A stretch of 63,951 bases of DNA, counting the filler, from an uncultured bacterium (lineage in GTDB: Bacteria > Latescibacterota > UBA2968), in NCBI GenBank assembly GCA_964471275.1. It is 4 parts of 4 records of this genome, joined end to end, with 100 filler letters (N's around TTAATTAATTAA, not from the genome) between each part and the next. Parts side by side here need not be neighbours in the genome. Positions count along the whole stretch, not along the records: positions 35,275 to 52,688 come from CAYYGZ010000081.1; positions 52,789 to 63,951 come from CAYYGZ010000158.1; 2 more parts are not named here. One strand, written 5' to 3'. The translations under genes were made by a program, and so were the position numbers. Shown piece after piece: positions 49,236-59,250 of the stretch (positions are counted from its first letter, which is position 1; each line of letters starts with the position of its first letter). The notes below the pieces were generated by a model. The model was not told the origin of the DNA. It ran no database searches and worked only from the letters and a program-made list of their open reading frames with translations.

Positions 49236-49928
49236 GTGAATGCCGCCCCTGCCTACGCGACGATACGCTGCGATCGCAACGAACGTCTCGAGATCTTTGC
49301 CACGATCGACACCACGAAGCCACTCACGATCCAGGATCTGCACGCCGCACTTGTCGACAGCCTCGGCAGGACGCCGATTCTCTGGATCAAGAGCGAGAAT
49401 GTCACACTCCTTGATTTCGAACTATACGGCAACGAAGCAACTGTTGACCAGAAGGACTGTGCGCCTCTCGTCACAATCGAGGCCGGCAGTTTTCGTTTCG
49501 AGCGGGGCTGGTTCGTCAACAGTTCCAAAGATGGTGTCGAGATCGACACTGTTCGTGGGGGAGGCGAAATCGTCGGAGGCGTCGTTCAGGATGTGGTATC
49601 CATTTCCGGCTCCGGTCGTGCCGACGGCCTCGAGGTCAGGAACGTCTTTGTCGAGAACAGTGATCGGGTTCTTATAGACGGTCTTGCGCTGAGCGATGGT
49701 GAATTCGACACCGGCGTGATCTATCGCATCAGCGAAAACGCTTCCTTCGCGCACCTGCGAATACTCAATGTCTCCGCGCCCAGGGCAAGAGCCGGGATCG
49801 TTCTGGAGAATACGAGCAAGAAGGGCTCGCCCTCCGACTACATCATCAACGGGAATGTCGCGGAGATCCTAGACGAGATTGGTGGCAGTCGGGGGATAGT
49901 CTTGGGGAATATCGTGCCGGAGGACTGA
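49236..49928 (+). CDS. Hypothetical protein, probably a remnant of a right-handed beta-helix protein
   Basis: I/V-rich beta-strand repeats (ELYGN, NSSKDGVEI, IINGNV). No signal peptide or clear RBS. Confidence 0.45.
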   Translation: MNAAPAYATIRCDRNERLEIFATIDTTKPLTIQDLHAALVDSLGRTPILWIKSENVTLLDFELYGNEATVDQKDCAPLVTIEAGSFRFERGWFVNSSKDGVEIDTVRGGGEIVGGVVQDVVSISGSGRADGLEVRNVFVENSDRVLIDGLALSDGEFDTGVIYRISENASFAHLRILNVSAPRARAGIVLENTSKKGSPSDYIINGNVAEILDEIGGSRGIVLGNIVPED

Positions 49929-50005
49929 GTCGAATCCTGAAGGTCCCTCGATACGTCGCCGGCTACTCAGGGCAAGCTGGAAGAATCAGCGAGTGGACGG
50001 GTCTC

Positions 50006-51058
50006 CTAGTTGATCTGGATGATCTGACCCGGCGGCTTGAGGAACGCTTCATACAGTTTCATCAGTTCGCGTGCCGACTCAAGGTTGCCTCGGGTCGGTT
50101 TTCTGCTTTCCTGGACGCACTCGACGAACTCGATGACCTCGAAGGCATAACCCAGCAGGAAGATCTGCTTGTTGTACAGCTGGCCCAGCGACCACTCGGG
50201 CTCCCAGAAGATCGGTGCGCTGGCGTCGTCACCCATGAAATTGGTGGCTTTGCCGTATCCTCCGGGACCGCGACTGCCCGGCCGGTAGTAAGTCAGGCGC
50301 ACTCCGTTGTCGACGATGACATTCGCGCCGTGGCCGACAACCTCGACCCGTTCCAGCGGACTGGTGGCCGATCGGCCGTGGCAGAGGTGCAGGACACCCG
50401 TAGCTCCGCTCGTGAACTTCAGCGATACAACCCCTGCACCGTTGGTGCTGCGTTCGTAAGACAGGTGCGCGATCTTGCCGCAGATGTAGTCGATGATTGA
50501 TCCGGGATGGACGATGTGATCCAGGAACCCGCGGAGTCGATTGCTCGAAGGAAGATCCTTCTCGTTCTCATCAGGGATGTACTGAGGATACTTCAGGTAG
50601 ATCGAACTGACGCCACCGAACTCTTCCTGGTCCGTGATCTCTTTCATTCGCTGAATGGCCGGGAAGAACGCCTTCTTGACACCCACCAGTACAAAACGAT
50701 TCGTCTCCTCCTCCACGGTCATCATCTCCTCGATTTCCGTGACGCTGGCAGCCGGAGGCTTTTCGATCCAGGCGTGACATCCTGCACGCATGCAATCGAT
50801 CGCGAGCGGGGGATACAGCGGTCGGTTGTTCTCGTCGTATCCCGTGACGATGAAGACCGCGTCAAGCTCCTCGTTCGCGAGCATCTCGTGGTGATCGGTG
50901 TAGGAGCGATGTGCACCGAACGTTCGGGCGTACTCAATCGCACGCTCCTCAATCAGATCACACGTCGCGATCAGATCGACGGGCGCATACTTGAGGCACG
51001 GATACACATTGCGGAAGGCGTGGCCACCACAGCCGATGAAAGCAGCACGGATGGGCAT
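50006..51058 (-). CDS. Gfo/Idh/MocA family oxidoreductase
   Basis: IRAAFIGCG, LDAVFI, WIEKP, DHIVH. ATG at 51058. Confidence 0.9.
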   Translation of the reverse strand: MPIRAAFIGCGGHAFRNVYPCLKYAPVDLIATCDLIEERAIEYARTFGAHRSYTDHHEMLANEELDAVFIVTGYDENNRPLYPPLAIDCMRAGCHAWIEKPPAASVTEIEEMMTVEEETNRFVLVGVKKAFFPAIQRMKEITDQEEFGGVSSIYLKYPQYIPDENEKDLPSSNRLRGFLDHIVHPGSIIDYICGKIAHLSYERSTNGAGVVSLKFTSGATGVLHLCHGRSATSPLERVEVVGHGANVIVDNGVRLTYYRPGSRGPGGYGKATNFMGDDASAPIFWEPEWSLGQLYNKQIFLLGYAFEVIEFVECVQESRKPTRGNLESARELMKLYEAFLKPPGQIIQIN

Positions 51059-51351
51059 ATTGTGGAAGACCTTTCGGGAGAATCGCACGGAGCAGGGGGC
51101 ACGGTCTTGCTGGGTCCTGACTGTGCAACCTAGGATTGGAACTGTGCAGAAGGAAAGATGTTGGTTGATGAGGTCTTTTGGAAGACGTATTTGGTGGGGG
51201 GTGGGGCGTTGCTGGGTCCTGACCGCGTGATCAAGAATCGGGACTGGGTGGAATGAGAATCTACTATGCGGGTTTCTCGTGGGCATATCCGGAACCGGCT
51301 TGCGCTCTTCCCTGCCCCGTGCCCCAAGCCCCCTGCGCTTCTTCCTCTTGT

Positions 51352-52578
51352 CTAGCTGAACAGCAGCTTCAGATAGAAAAGGGGATTCGCAAGCTGTTTC
51401 TTGGGAACTTCGTTCGCTATCATTCCCATGATGAGGTTGCGGACTTCCTGGCTTCGTGCGGCTTTGTGGATGACGAAGTTGAGGAGGGTGCGGGAGCGGC
51501 CGATTTTCTGGAGACGGTGGCTGACTTTGAGTTCGTCGCCGATTTCATCCCAGAGGCAGCTGTCGTAGGCAGAAAGGGAGCGTTCGCTGAGGTCGCCTGA
51601 ATTGATCGCGGTTTTGGCGGCAGCGACGGCGAATTTGGCGGAGTAGAAGGCGTTGCCGATGCCCTCACCAGTGAAGGGGTCGATCAAGCCGGCAGCGTCT
51701 CCGAGAAGCATGAAGCCGTTGCCGTGATTCTTTCGGTGTTTGCTTCCAGCTGGCAAGTTCCAGCCGATCGGTTCTTCCATCGGTTCTGAATCCGCGAACC
51801 GATTGCGGAAGGCGTCGCTGTCGAGTGCCTTGGTCAAGGCCACCTTGAGGTCGATGTCTTCCTTCTTGATGTATTCGTGCAGCATCCCGATACCGACGTT
51901 GGCATATCCCTCTTCGAGCGGGAAGATCCAGAAGTAGCCGGGAATGACTTCATCGACGTAGTGAAGTTCGATCTGGTTGGTCAGGCCCTTGACGTTCTTG
52001 TAGTAGCATCGGAGTGCGACAATGAAGTGTTCCGGGTCGTGGCTGTAGAGCCCGAGCTTGCGGGCGACGATCGAGTTGAACCCGTCGGCGCCCAGCACTA
52101 TCCTGGCCTTGATTCGCTTCTCTTCGCCCGAAGCTATCCTTCCCGATACACCGTAGACTGTCTCACCTCCCATCAGTACTTCACGAACATTGAACCCCTC
52201 GATCGTTTCATCGGCCACCTGCTGTGCGCGTTGGAACAGGAAATGGTCCAGAATCTTCCGGCGAATTACGAACCCGGTCAGGAAGTCCTTACGATTTGAG
52301 CGTGTGAGATCGATGTTTACGAGGGTGTTGTCGGGGCTACCGAACGTGACGGTATGGATCTCGGCACCGGGCAGGTCGCCGACGGCGTTGAAAAGGTCCA
52401 GCTCACGCAGGATGGTGACAGCTTTTCCAGATAGCGCGTCTCCGCAGATCTTGTCGCGCGGGAAGGTCTCTTTGTCCAGAAGGCAGACGGAAAGGCCCGA
52501 GCGTTTTGCGTAGAGTGTAGCGACGGCGCCAGCCGGGCCCGCCCCAACGATGGCGAGGTCGTAGGTGGGATCAGACAT
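51352..52578 (-). CDS. Geranylgeranyl reductase family FAD oxidoreductase
   Basis: IVGAGPAG, FPRDKICGD, GADG, GYFWIFP, NVGIG, GDAAGLIDPFTGEGI. Confidence 0.9.
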   Translation of the reverse strand: MSDPTYDLAIVGAGPAGAVATLYAKRSGLSVCLLDKETFPRDKICGDALSGKAVTILRELDLFNAVGDLPGAEIHTVTFGSPDNTLVNIDLTRSNRKDFLTGFVIRRKILDHFLFQRAQQVADETIEGFNVREVLMGGETVYGVSGRIASGEEKRIKARIVLGADGFNSIVARKLGLYSHDPEHFIVALRCYYKNVKGLTNQIELHYVDEVIPGYFWIFPLEEGYANVGIGMLHEYIKKEDIDLKVALTKALDSDAFRNRFADSEPMEEPIGWNLPAGSKHRKNHGNGFMLLGDAAGLIDPFTGEGIGNAFYSAKFAVAAAKTAINSGDLSERSLSAYDSCLWDEIGDELKVSHRLQKIGRSRTLLNFVIHKAARSQEVRNLIMGMIANEVPKKQLANPLFYLKLLFS

Positions 52579-52688
52579 AGAGGGGGAACATAACATAAAA
52601 GTGGGGAAGAGGGTATGGGGTGTGGGTATGAACCGGATATATGGTATCAGTCGACGCACCGGGTATAAGTGGATAGGGCTCTATGAGC

Positions 52689-52788
52689 NNNNNNNNNNNN
52701 NNNNNNNNNNNNNNNNNNNNNNNNNNNNNNNNTTAATTAATTAANNNNNNNNNNNNNNNNNNNNNNNNNNNNNNNNNNNNNNNNNNNN
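52689..52788. other. Artificial contig linker
   Basis: N-run with a central TTAATTAATTAA. Confidence 0.97.
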
Positions 52789-52988
52789 AGGACGGCAAGA
52801 TACAGTATCCGGTGAAGGCGGCGACGCTGATCAGCACCGGTCCCGCCGTGTTGAAAGAGATCTCGATGATTGGACGTGACTTTTCACTGGCGTGCGGGAT
52901 GTGCGGATCCGTATCAGGATCCGTTCCGACAACGGTGGGGCAGCCAACGCTCAAGGTCGATGACATCCTGGTAGGGGGGAATGCCTGA
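52789..52988 (+). CDS. tldD: TldD metalloprotease, C-terminal end (5'-truncated at contig start)
   Basis: PVKAATLI..G...L..ISMIG.D...GMCGSVSGSVP..VGQPTLKV..ILVGG*. Its stop overlaps the next ATG. Confidence 0.88.
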
Positions 52989-54316
52989 TGACAACACGAG
53001 ACCACGCGGCCAGGGTTATGGATCAGGTGAAAGCGGCTGGAGCGACGGGGGATCTGATTGTCGACGAGGGGCAATCCCTGTCCCTGAAGGCAAGAGATGG
53101 CGACCTCGAGGAGCACAAGGCCAGCTCCAGCCAGGTGTACGGTCTGAGGGTGATTAAGGACGGCAGAGTAGGCACTGCCTACAGTGAGGACAGCGATCCC
53201 GATGCACTCTCCTCTATCGTGGGGCAGGCTCTCACCAATGCGAGCTTCGCTGGTGAGGAGCTGCACGAGATGATCCTACCGAACTCTGGGAAACTGGAAA
53301 CAGATGACGCCTTGCTGCATCCGGAGGATGGTTCTCTTATTGAAGAGAAGATCGAAATGGCCCTGTATCTGGAGGGTGAGCTGTCATCCCGTGACAAGAT
53401 CAAGAATGTTCCCTACAACGGTGTCCTCGATAGCTCCGGTCAGCGCCAGGTCTTCACCAGTTCAGGTATGTCCGCTTTCTCGAGAAGCCGGGTTTGCCTG
53501 TGCTATGCCTACGCGATTGTGGAGGAGGGCGACAAGAACGCGATGGAAGGATCCGGGGTGGCGAGCCGCCTGTTCGGTGAACTCGATGGTGCCCGGGTTG
53601 TAGACAAGGTACACAGGGACTGCCTGGGTATTCTCCACGGGGTACCTGTGCCGAGCAAGCACTATGATGTTGTTTTCGATGAGGAGTGCCAGCCGTCAAT
53701 GTTCAGCATCTTTGCATCGATATTTTCAGGGAAATCTGCAAAAGACGGCGTCAACCCGATGCGGGACAAGGTCGGCGAGGTCATCGCCGATCCACGTCTG
53801 ACGATTCACGACAGCCCGCTTCTCACGGAGGGGTTCGGATACACTCTATTTGATGCAGAGGGAACTGCGACGGATACGACGTCCCTGATCTTGGAGGGGA
53901 AGCTGGAGACGATGGCGCACAACAGCGCAACCGCATCTCACTTTGGTCTCGAGACGACGGGACACGCAAGCCGGGGGCCCAGGTCGACACTCGGGGTGGG
54001 ACTGCACCAGATGGAGATTGCCGCCGGTCCGGATGACGATGATTCTCTGGGAGCAGGGGAGTATCTCGAATTGACGGATTTAACAGGGCTGCACTCCGGG
54101 GCGAACCCGATATCGGGAGATTTCAGTCTTGGCGCATCGGGATATCTGTGCAGAGATGGTAAACGTGTGCAGCCGGTTCGAGGTATCACGGTGGCGGGCA
54201 ATTTCTTTCAGATGCTGATGAAGATTGCGGCTATCGGAGATACGCAGAAATGGGACTGGCAGAAAGAGTCACTGATGCCGGCCATTCGATTTGCCGACGT
54301 GGCCATTTCCGGGTGA
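52988..54316 (+). CDS. pmbA: TldE/PmbA family protein
   Basis: GLRVIKDGRVG.AY, FDAEG, TGHA.R, GANPISGDFS, ITVAGNF. Coupled to tldD. Confidence 0.88.
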   Translation: MTTRDHAARVMDQVKAAGATGDLIVDEGQSLSLKARDGDLEEHKASSSQVYGLRVIKDGRVGTAYSEDSDPDALSSIVGQALTNASFAGEELHEMILPNSGKLETDDALLHPEDGSLIEEKIEMALYLEGELSSRDKIKNVPYNGVLDSSGQRQVFTSSGMSAFSRSRVCLCYAYAIVEEGDKNAMEGSGVASRLFGELDGARVVDKVHRDCLGILHGVPVPSKHYDVVFDEECQPSMFSIFASIFSGKSAKDGVNPMRDKVGEVIADPRLTIHDSPLLTEGFGYTLFDAEGTATDTTSLILEGKLETMAHNSATASHFGLETTGHASRGPRSTLGVGLHQMEIAAGPDDDDSLGAGEYLELTDLTGLHSGANPISGDFSLGASGYLCRDGKRVQPVRGITVAGNFFQMLMKIAAIGDTQKWDWQKESLMPAIRFADVAISG

Positions 54317-54464
54317 ATTCACAGTATCATTTACCTGCATAAGCTTTCAGGCGTCTCTGGGGGCGATTCCGAAGGTGATGCCTTGACTTCGGAGATGTCC
54401 CCTCCTTCATCCTCCCCGTTCTCGGCCACCCTTGCCGGGTTCCACAATCTGAGTTAGGTCTTCT

Positions 54465-57338
54465 ATGCCGAATCCCGTTCAGCCCTGTTTGCTCTATAAG
54501 CAGGGAAACATCGCGTATGCCCGCGAGAATCTCGAGCGTTATGCGTGGGCGCAGGAGATCGTGGAGGATTGGCGTCGGTCGACGGCGTTTGCGCGACGGC
54601 AGGACCGCGAGTCTCTCGATGCGTTCATTCCCGAACTGACACCGGGAACCCATTACGGACAGAATTGTCCGCACTGCGTCGGGGAAAAGTCACTGATGGG
54701 CGGGGGGAGCTTCGACTGGTTGATCGATGCGCCGGATCAACTGACGTGCAGCCACTGCGGGACGGTCTACCCGCACGCGGACTACCCGGAGACGGGCGTC
54801 GTCGAGTGCCCTCGGATGGGGCAGAGATTTACCTACTACCAGCCTCCGGGAGAGCTTGAGAATCCGGATCGCAGAAACGAACACGCGCTCTGCTGGCTCG
54901 GCGACCGCCCGGTTATGACGAGTTTCAGCGGGCACATTCGATATTGCAGGGCGGCGTGGGCCTGGAGGCAGTCCATCATCCTGGCGAAGCTTTATGCCGT
55001 CACGGAGGATGTTGCCTGCGCCGAGCGGGTCGTCTGGATTCTGGATCGGTTTGCGAAGGTATTCCCGAATTACCTGTTCCACTCCTACGACGGCAGTATC
55101 GCGGATTGGCCTCCTCTGGATGTTGCCCAAAACATGGGGGAGCGGGAATCGGGTGATGGCCCACGAGGCGGGAGCTTCCCGAGGGATGTCGTGAAGCACG
55201 CTTACGGCCTGAACACATACGACGATCACTCGGAACTGTTCAACGGGTTCTGGGGGGCCGGGCGGATCAGTGTTCACGGAAAGGGAAGTGACGCAGGACC
55301 GATTCTGGATTTTACGATTGCGTACGACCTTGTTCGTGCGGCGGAACGGCCAGGGGGAGAGGCAATTCTGGATGCGGCGACGGAGCGCCGCATTCTGAAG
55401 GATCTGATCCTGAATGGCTGCACGGAGATGGAATGCTGGGTGTCCCTGACCAATAAGGGGACTGCCGTCTATGCGCTGAGTGCCGCCGTTGGGATCCTGC
55501 TGGGCCAGCCCGAGAGGGTCCGGCGGGGAATCCGTATGTTTGACCAGATGCTGTTCGAGCGCTATCACCACGACGGATTCTATGCGGAGTCACCAGGATA
55601 CTCCGCCCACAATTTCAGCAACGTGCACGATCTGGCCGACCTGCTGCACAGCTATAGCGATCCGCCGGATTACAGATCGGAACAGGGTGATCGAGTCGAC
55701 AACGTCGACTACTTTTCAAGCGGTCGTTTCCACCTTTCCCTTCTGTCTCTCGTTCGACAGCTCGCACCCGGGCAGCGGATGCCGATCATCGGAGACACGA
55801 AATACCCGGGCAGCCCGAACATCCTGTGTGCGGAAGTCCTTGCGGCCAGACTGGGAGGCGAATTCTCGGGATTGCTGGAAAGCCTGCAGGGCGGTTCCCT
55901 GGCGGAGAAAGGAAGTGAGTATTCGCTCTGGTATCGCCCGCCGGCTTTGAGTAGCGGAGGTGCGAGAAGATTACCTCTGCGTAGCGAGTGGTTCCCGGGC
56001 TGGCACGTCGGAGTCCTGCGTGGCGGTCGTGGGGAACAGAACGATACTGCCCTCTTTCTCAATGGAAACGAGCACAACTGGACGGTCCGGACGGGTCACC
56101 GGCAGTCGGATATCCTGAGTATGAGCTTCTACGCGTTCGGCCAGGAGGTGGTTCCCGACCTGGGATACTTCTCCGGGAGCAGTCAGCTTCTTCCGGACGG
56201 GCGAAGCGGTCAGGCCTGGGCACGAAGCAGTTTGTCTCACAACCTGGTCGTCGTCGACGAGGAGAGCCAACTCGTGCAGGAGTGCGGGTCGGATCTGGAG
56301 CTGTTCGGGACCGCGCCCGGCGTTGAAGTCGTTCAGGCGGCGGCGGTCAACGTCTACTTGCAGTGTGAGGACTACCGGCGGACCTGTGTGCTGGTCAAGA
56401 TCCCGAATGGTCAGAGCTACGTGGTGGATCTCTTTCGTGTAAAGGGTGGACAGGTTCACCATTACTGCCTCCACGGCAGCGGATCGATGACGGGAATGAG
56501 TCCAGATAGTCCGATGCCCCGCCCCACAGAGCTGTCGGAAGCCTGGCGAACATGGGTGGAAAGTGCGGAGGCCGTGAGCCCGGAGGGTCCGATGGTGTAT
56601 TCCTGGAAATCTGGAGCGATCGGGCTCGATCTCACGGTGCTTGGCGAGTCGGACCGGATTATCCAGGCCGACGCGCCGGGGTGGCGTTCGGCGGATCCTC
56701 TGTCCGAGATCGAGAAACCTGCCGTGAGGAAGCTCATGGTCGAGCGGCGTGCTGCGGATCACGATACTCCGCTGACCAGTCAGTTTGTGGCAGTGCTCGC
56801 CGCTAGCCAGGAGAAGGATTCGCCCGTAATCCAGGCGAGTCTTCTGGAGAGCGACACGGATTCAGGCATGGTGGCCATCGAGGTGAGGCTGGAGGGGAGA
56901 ACGGACTACATCATCTCCACCAGGGATCGGAAGGAGAGAATACTGGGACCGGTGACGGTTTCCGGAGAGTTTTCCGTGGTGTCGGTGGATGACGACGGCG
57001 GCGTGATGCAGGCATATCTCCTGAACGGGACCCGGTGTTCGTGCGGTGATATGACGCTGGAGAGTTCCGAACCCAACCGGAACCTGGAAGTGATTTCAGT
57101 GGAAGATCGTACGTTCCATCTCGGCGAGAAGCTGGATAGATTGCCCGAAGCGGGATCGTATCTCTTGGCTGGAGAGATCGCGAGAACCGGGTTCGAGATC
57201 GAATCGGCAACACAGAGATCCATTACCGTACGGGACTATCCTGCGATCGAGTGCAATGCGATTACGATCCTGAACTCCCGTTCGTTCACGCGCGCGGATC
57301 GCCCCCACGGTTCGTTCTCTGAAGGTGACTCAACGTGA
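54465..57338 (+). CDS. Heparinase II/III-like protein
   Basis: DG...ESPGY, GH...D.LS, DLGY, HNLVVVD, Y.RT, YVVDLFRV.GG..H. Cys-rich insert near the N-terminus. Confidence 0.85.
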   Translation: MPNPVQPCLLYKQGNIAYARENLERYAWAQEIVEDWRRSTAFARRQDRESLDAFIPELTPGTHYGQNCPHCVGEKSLMGGGSFDWLIDAPDQLTCSHCGTVYPHADYPETGVVECPRMGQRFTYYQPPGELENPDRRNEHALCWLGDRPVMTSFSGHIRYCRAAWAWRQSIILAKLYAVTEDVACAERVVWILDRFAKVFPNYLFHSYDGSIADWPPLDVAQNMGERESGDGPRGGSFPRDVVKHAYGLNTYDDHSELFNGFWGAGRISVHGKGSDAGPILDFTIAYDLVRAAERPGGEAILDAATERRILKDLILNGCTEMECWVSLTNKGTAVYALSAAVGILLGQPERVRRGIRMFDQMLFERYHHDGFYAESPGYSAHNFSNVHDLADLLHSYSDPPDYRSEQGDRVDNVDYFSSGRFHLSLLSLVRQLAPGQRMPIIGDTKYPGSPNILCAEVLAARLGGEFSGLLESLQGGSLAEKGSEYSLWYRPPALSSGGARRLPLRSEWFPGWHVGVLRGGRGEQNDTALFLNGNEHNWTVRTGHRQSDILSMSFYAFGQEVVPDLGYFSGSSQLLPDGRSGQAWARSSLSHNLVVVDEESQLVQECGSDLELFGTAPGVEVVQAAAVNVYLQCEDYRRTCVLVKIPNGQSYVVDLFRVKGGQVHHYCLHGSGSMTGMSPDSPMPRPTELSEAWRTWVESAEAVSPEGPMVYSWKSGAIGLDLTVLGESDRIIQADAPGWRSADPLSEIEKPAVRKLMVERRAADHDTPLTSQFVAVLAASQEKDSPVIQASLLESDTDSGMVAIEVRLEGRTDYIISTRDRKERILGPVTVSGEFSVVSVDDDGGVMQAYLLNGTRCSCGDMTLESSEPNRNLEVISVEDRTFHLGEKLDRLPEAGSYLLAGEIARTGFEIESATQRSITVRDYPAIECNAITILNSRSFTRADRPHGSFSEGDST

Positions 57339-57396
57339 GAGCCGGCACGGCATCCCCTTCGACGGAGACGAGATGATAGGTGAACCTGGATTTCAG

Positions 57397-57480
57397 ACGC
57401 CTACCCACGAGCGTGTAATGGCAACGATCGCCCACACCGAACCTGAGCGTTTCCCGATTGATGCCGGAGTGAGACTCCTT
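57397..57480 (+). pseudogene. N-terminal stub of a UroD-family gene
   Basis: T.HERVMATIAHTEPERFPID resembles the T.RERV..A..H.EPDRVPID start of this family. It runs into the convergent sulfatase. Confidence 0.45.
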
Positions 57481-59086
57481 ACTCCTTGTAGACCTTCTCC
57501 AGATCTCGCTGAATCTCCTGCCACTCTGACACGCCTGTTCTTTCGGAAAACCTCCCGTACGCCTCGATCAACTCATCCTTGATCTTTGTTTTCCGATCCG
57601 ACAGGTCGTTCAACTCGACACGATCGGTTTCCATATCGTAGAGCTCCCAAGGTCCGGTCCGATCCCCTTTGCCGACCGGGCCAGTTGTGAATCCCCTGGG
57701 TTCACTGTAGTAGGAAACCAACTTCCACTTACCACGGCGCACCGCGCGGTTGCCTTCGTGCTCAAGGTAAAGCGTTTCGGTGTTGGTCCTGACATCGCCG
57801 TTCAGGTTCGGCATCAGGGATCGACCGTCGATCGTCTGGACAGGATATCCGCAGTGATCCAGCGGGTAGGCCGCACCGGCCAGATCGAGACACGTGGGCA
57901 TCACGTCCTTCACGTGCGCGTAGTAATCCTTTTCTATGTGGCCCTGCTGGACCCCCTTTGGCCAGTGAAAGATGAAGGGCGTGGCCGATCCGCCTTCGTG
58001 GAGCCAGTGCTTGAAGAGGCGGAAAGGTGTATTGGATGCGTTGGCCCAAGGGAGGAAGCAAGCGGTGTCGGATTCCTTCGGGCCGGCCGGCACGTCTGGG
58101 ATGAGGTCGTGAGATTCGGCGCAGGCGCCGTTGTCAGCCAGGAACACGATGACGGTGTTGTCGAGGTCGCGCTTCTCGCGAATCTTGTCGAGCAGCTTCC
58201 CGACGCCCTGATCGACCCGATCGATCATTGCGGCGTAGACGGCCATTCGGTGATCCCACTCGTCTTCGGTAAACGTTCTGCCTTTCTTGTCCGGCGAGGT
58301 GTCGATCTGGTCCCACGGGGGACATTCAGGATCCCGTGGAGACAGGGGAAGGTCGCCCGGGAACAACCCAAGTTTCTTCTGCTTCGCCGCTCTGCGTTCT
58401 CGAATTGCGTCCCAGCCGATTTTGTATTTTCCCTTGTATTTCTGGATGTCTTCGGGCCAGGCGTGGAGCGGCCAGTGGGGGGCGTTGTACATCAGGTGCA
58501 GGTAATAGGGTTTGTCAGGATCGGCATCATCGATGTACTGGGCGGCCTTCTCGGAGAAGACGTCTGTCGTGTAGAAGTCGTCGGGTAGTTCGGTGACGGG
58601 CTCATCCTCATCCATCAGTCCGCGATGCGGTTCGGGCGCCCAATAATTGCAGCCGCCGGCGAGGATTCCGTAGTAGTGATCAAATCCACGATCCTTGGGC
58701 CAGTTCGGGCGAAAGGATCCCACGTGCCACTTGCCTGACATAAAGGTCTGGTATCCGGCTCCTCGAAGTGCCTCGGCGATGGTGACCGTGTTGTTGCTCA
58801 GGTAGCCCTGGTAGGGACCTCGCCCTACTGCCCGGCCCTTATTCATCGCATCCTGGGTTTGGTGCGTCATATGCCCGATGCCGGCGCGATGAGGATAGAG
58901 GCCGGTGAGGAGAGAGGCCCGCGTCGGGCAGCATCGTCCGCAGTTGTAGAACTGTGTGAAGCGAACACCGCGCGCAGCCAGGGCATCGATGTTCGGCGTG
59001 TCGATCTCGCCGCCGTAGCAGCCGAGATCAGAGTAGCCCATATCGTCGACCATTATGACAATGATGTCGGGTCTTGCTTCGGGCAT
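57479..59086 (-). CDS. Arylsulfatase
   Basis: DDMGYSD, CCPTRASLLTG, GKWH, APHWPLH, DNG, HEGG..TP, EHEGN.AVR.GKWK. Confidence 0.94.
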   Translation of the reverse strand: MPEARPDIIVIMVDDMGYSDLGCYGGEIDTPNIDALAARGVRFTQFYNCGRCCPTRASLLTGLYPHRAGIGHMTHQTQDAMNKGRAVGRGPYQGYLSNNTVTIAEALRGAGYQTFMSGKWHVGSFRPNWPKDRGFDHYYGILAGGCNYWAPEPHRGLMDEDEPVTELPDDFYTTDVFSEKAAQYIDDADPDKPYYLHLMYNAPHWPLHAWPEDIQKYKGKYKIGWDAIRERRAAKQKKLGLFPGDLPLSPRDPECPPWDQIDTSPDKKGRTFTEDEWDHRMAVYAAMIDRVDQGVGKLLDKIREKRDLDNTVIVFLADNGACAESHDLIPDVPAGPKESDTACFLPWANASNTPFRLFKHWLHEGGSATPFIFHWPKGVQQGHIEKDYYAHVKDVMPTCLDLAGAAYPLDHCGYPVQTIDGRSLMPNLNGDVRTNTETLYLEHEGNRAVRRGKWKLVSYYSEPRGFTTGPVGKGDRTGPWELYDMETDRVELNDLSDRKTKIKDELIEAYGRFSERTGVSEWQEIQRDLEKVYKE

Positions 59087-59250
59087 CGTCTTACTCCTTG
59101 AATGGGGGTCGACACTGGGGTCGATCATTACCTGTCTGATTGCTGTCAATCAATTTGGTTTCAATAATAGGCACTGAGGTCGTAATCGCATTCGCCAACT
59201 CAAAGGGCAGTATCTCGGACGCTAGAGTCCGCCCACGATCTAAGGATCTA

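Noticed and set aside
51065..51260. CRISPR array
   Set aside because: Only two degenerate copies, a 102-nt period, and no cas genes.
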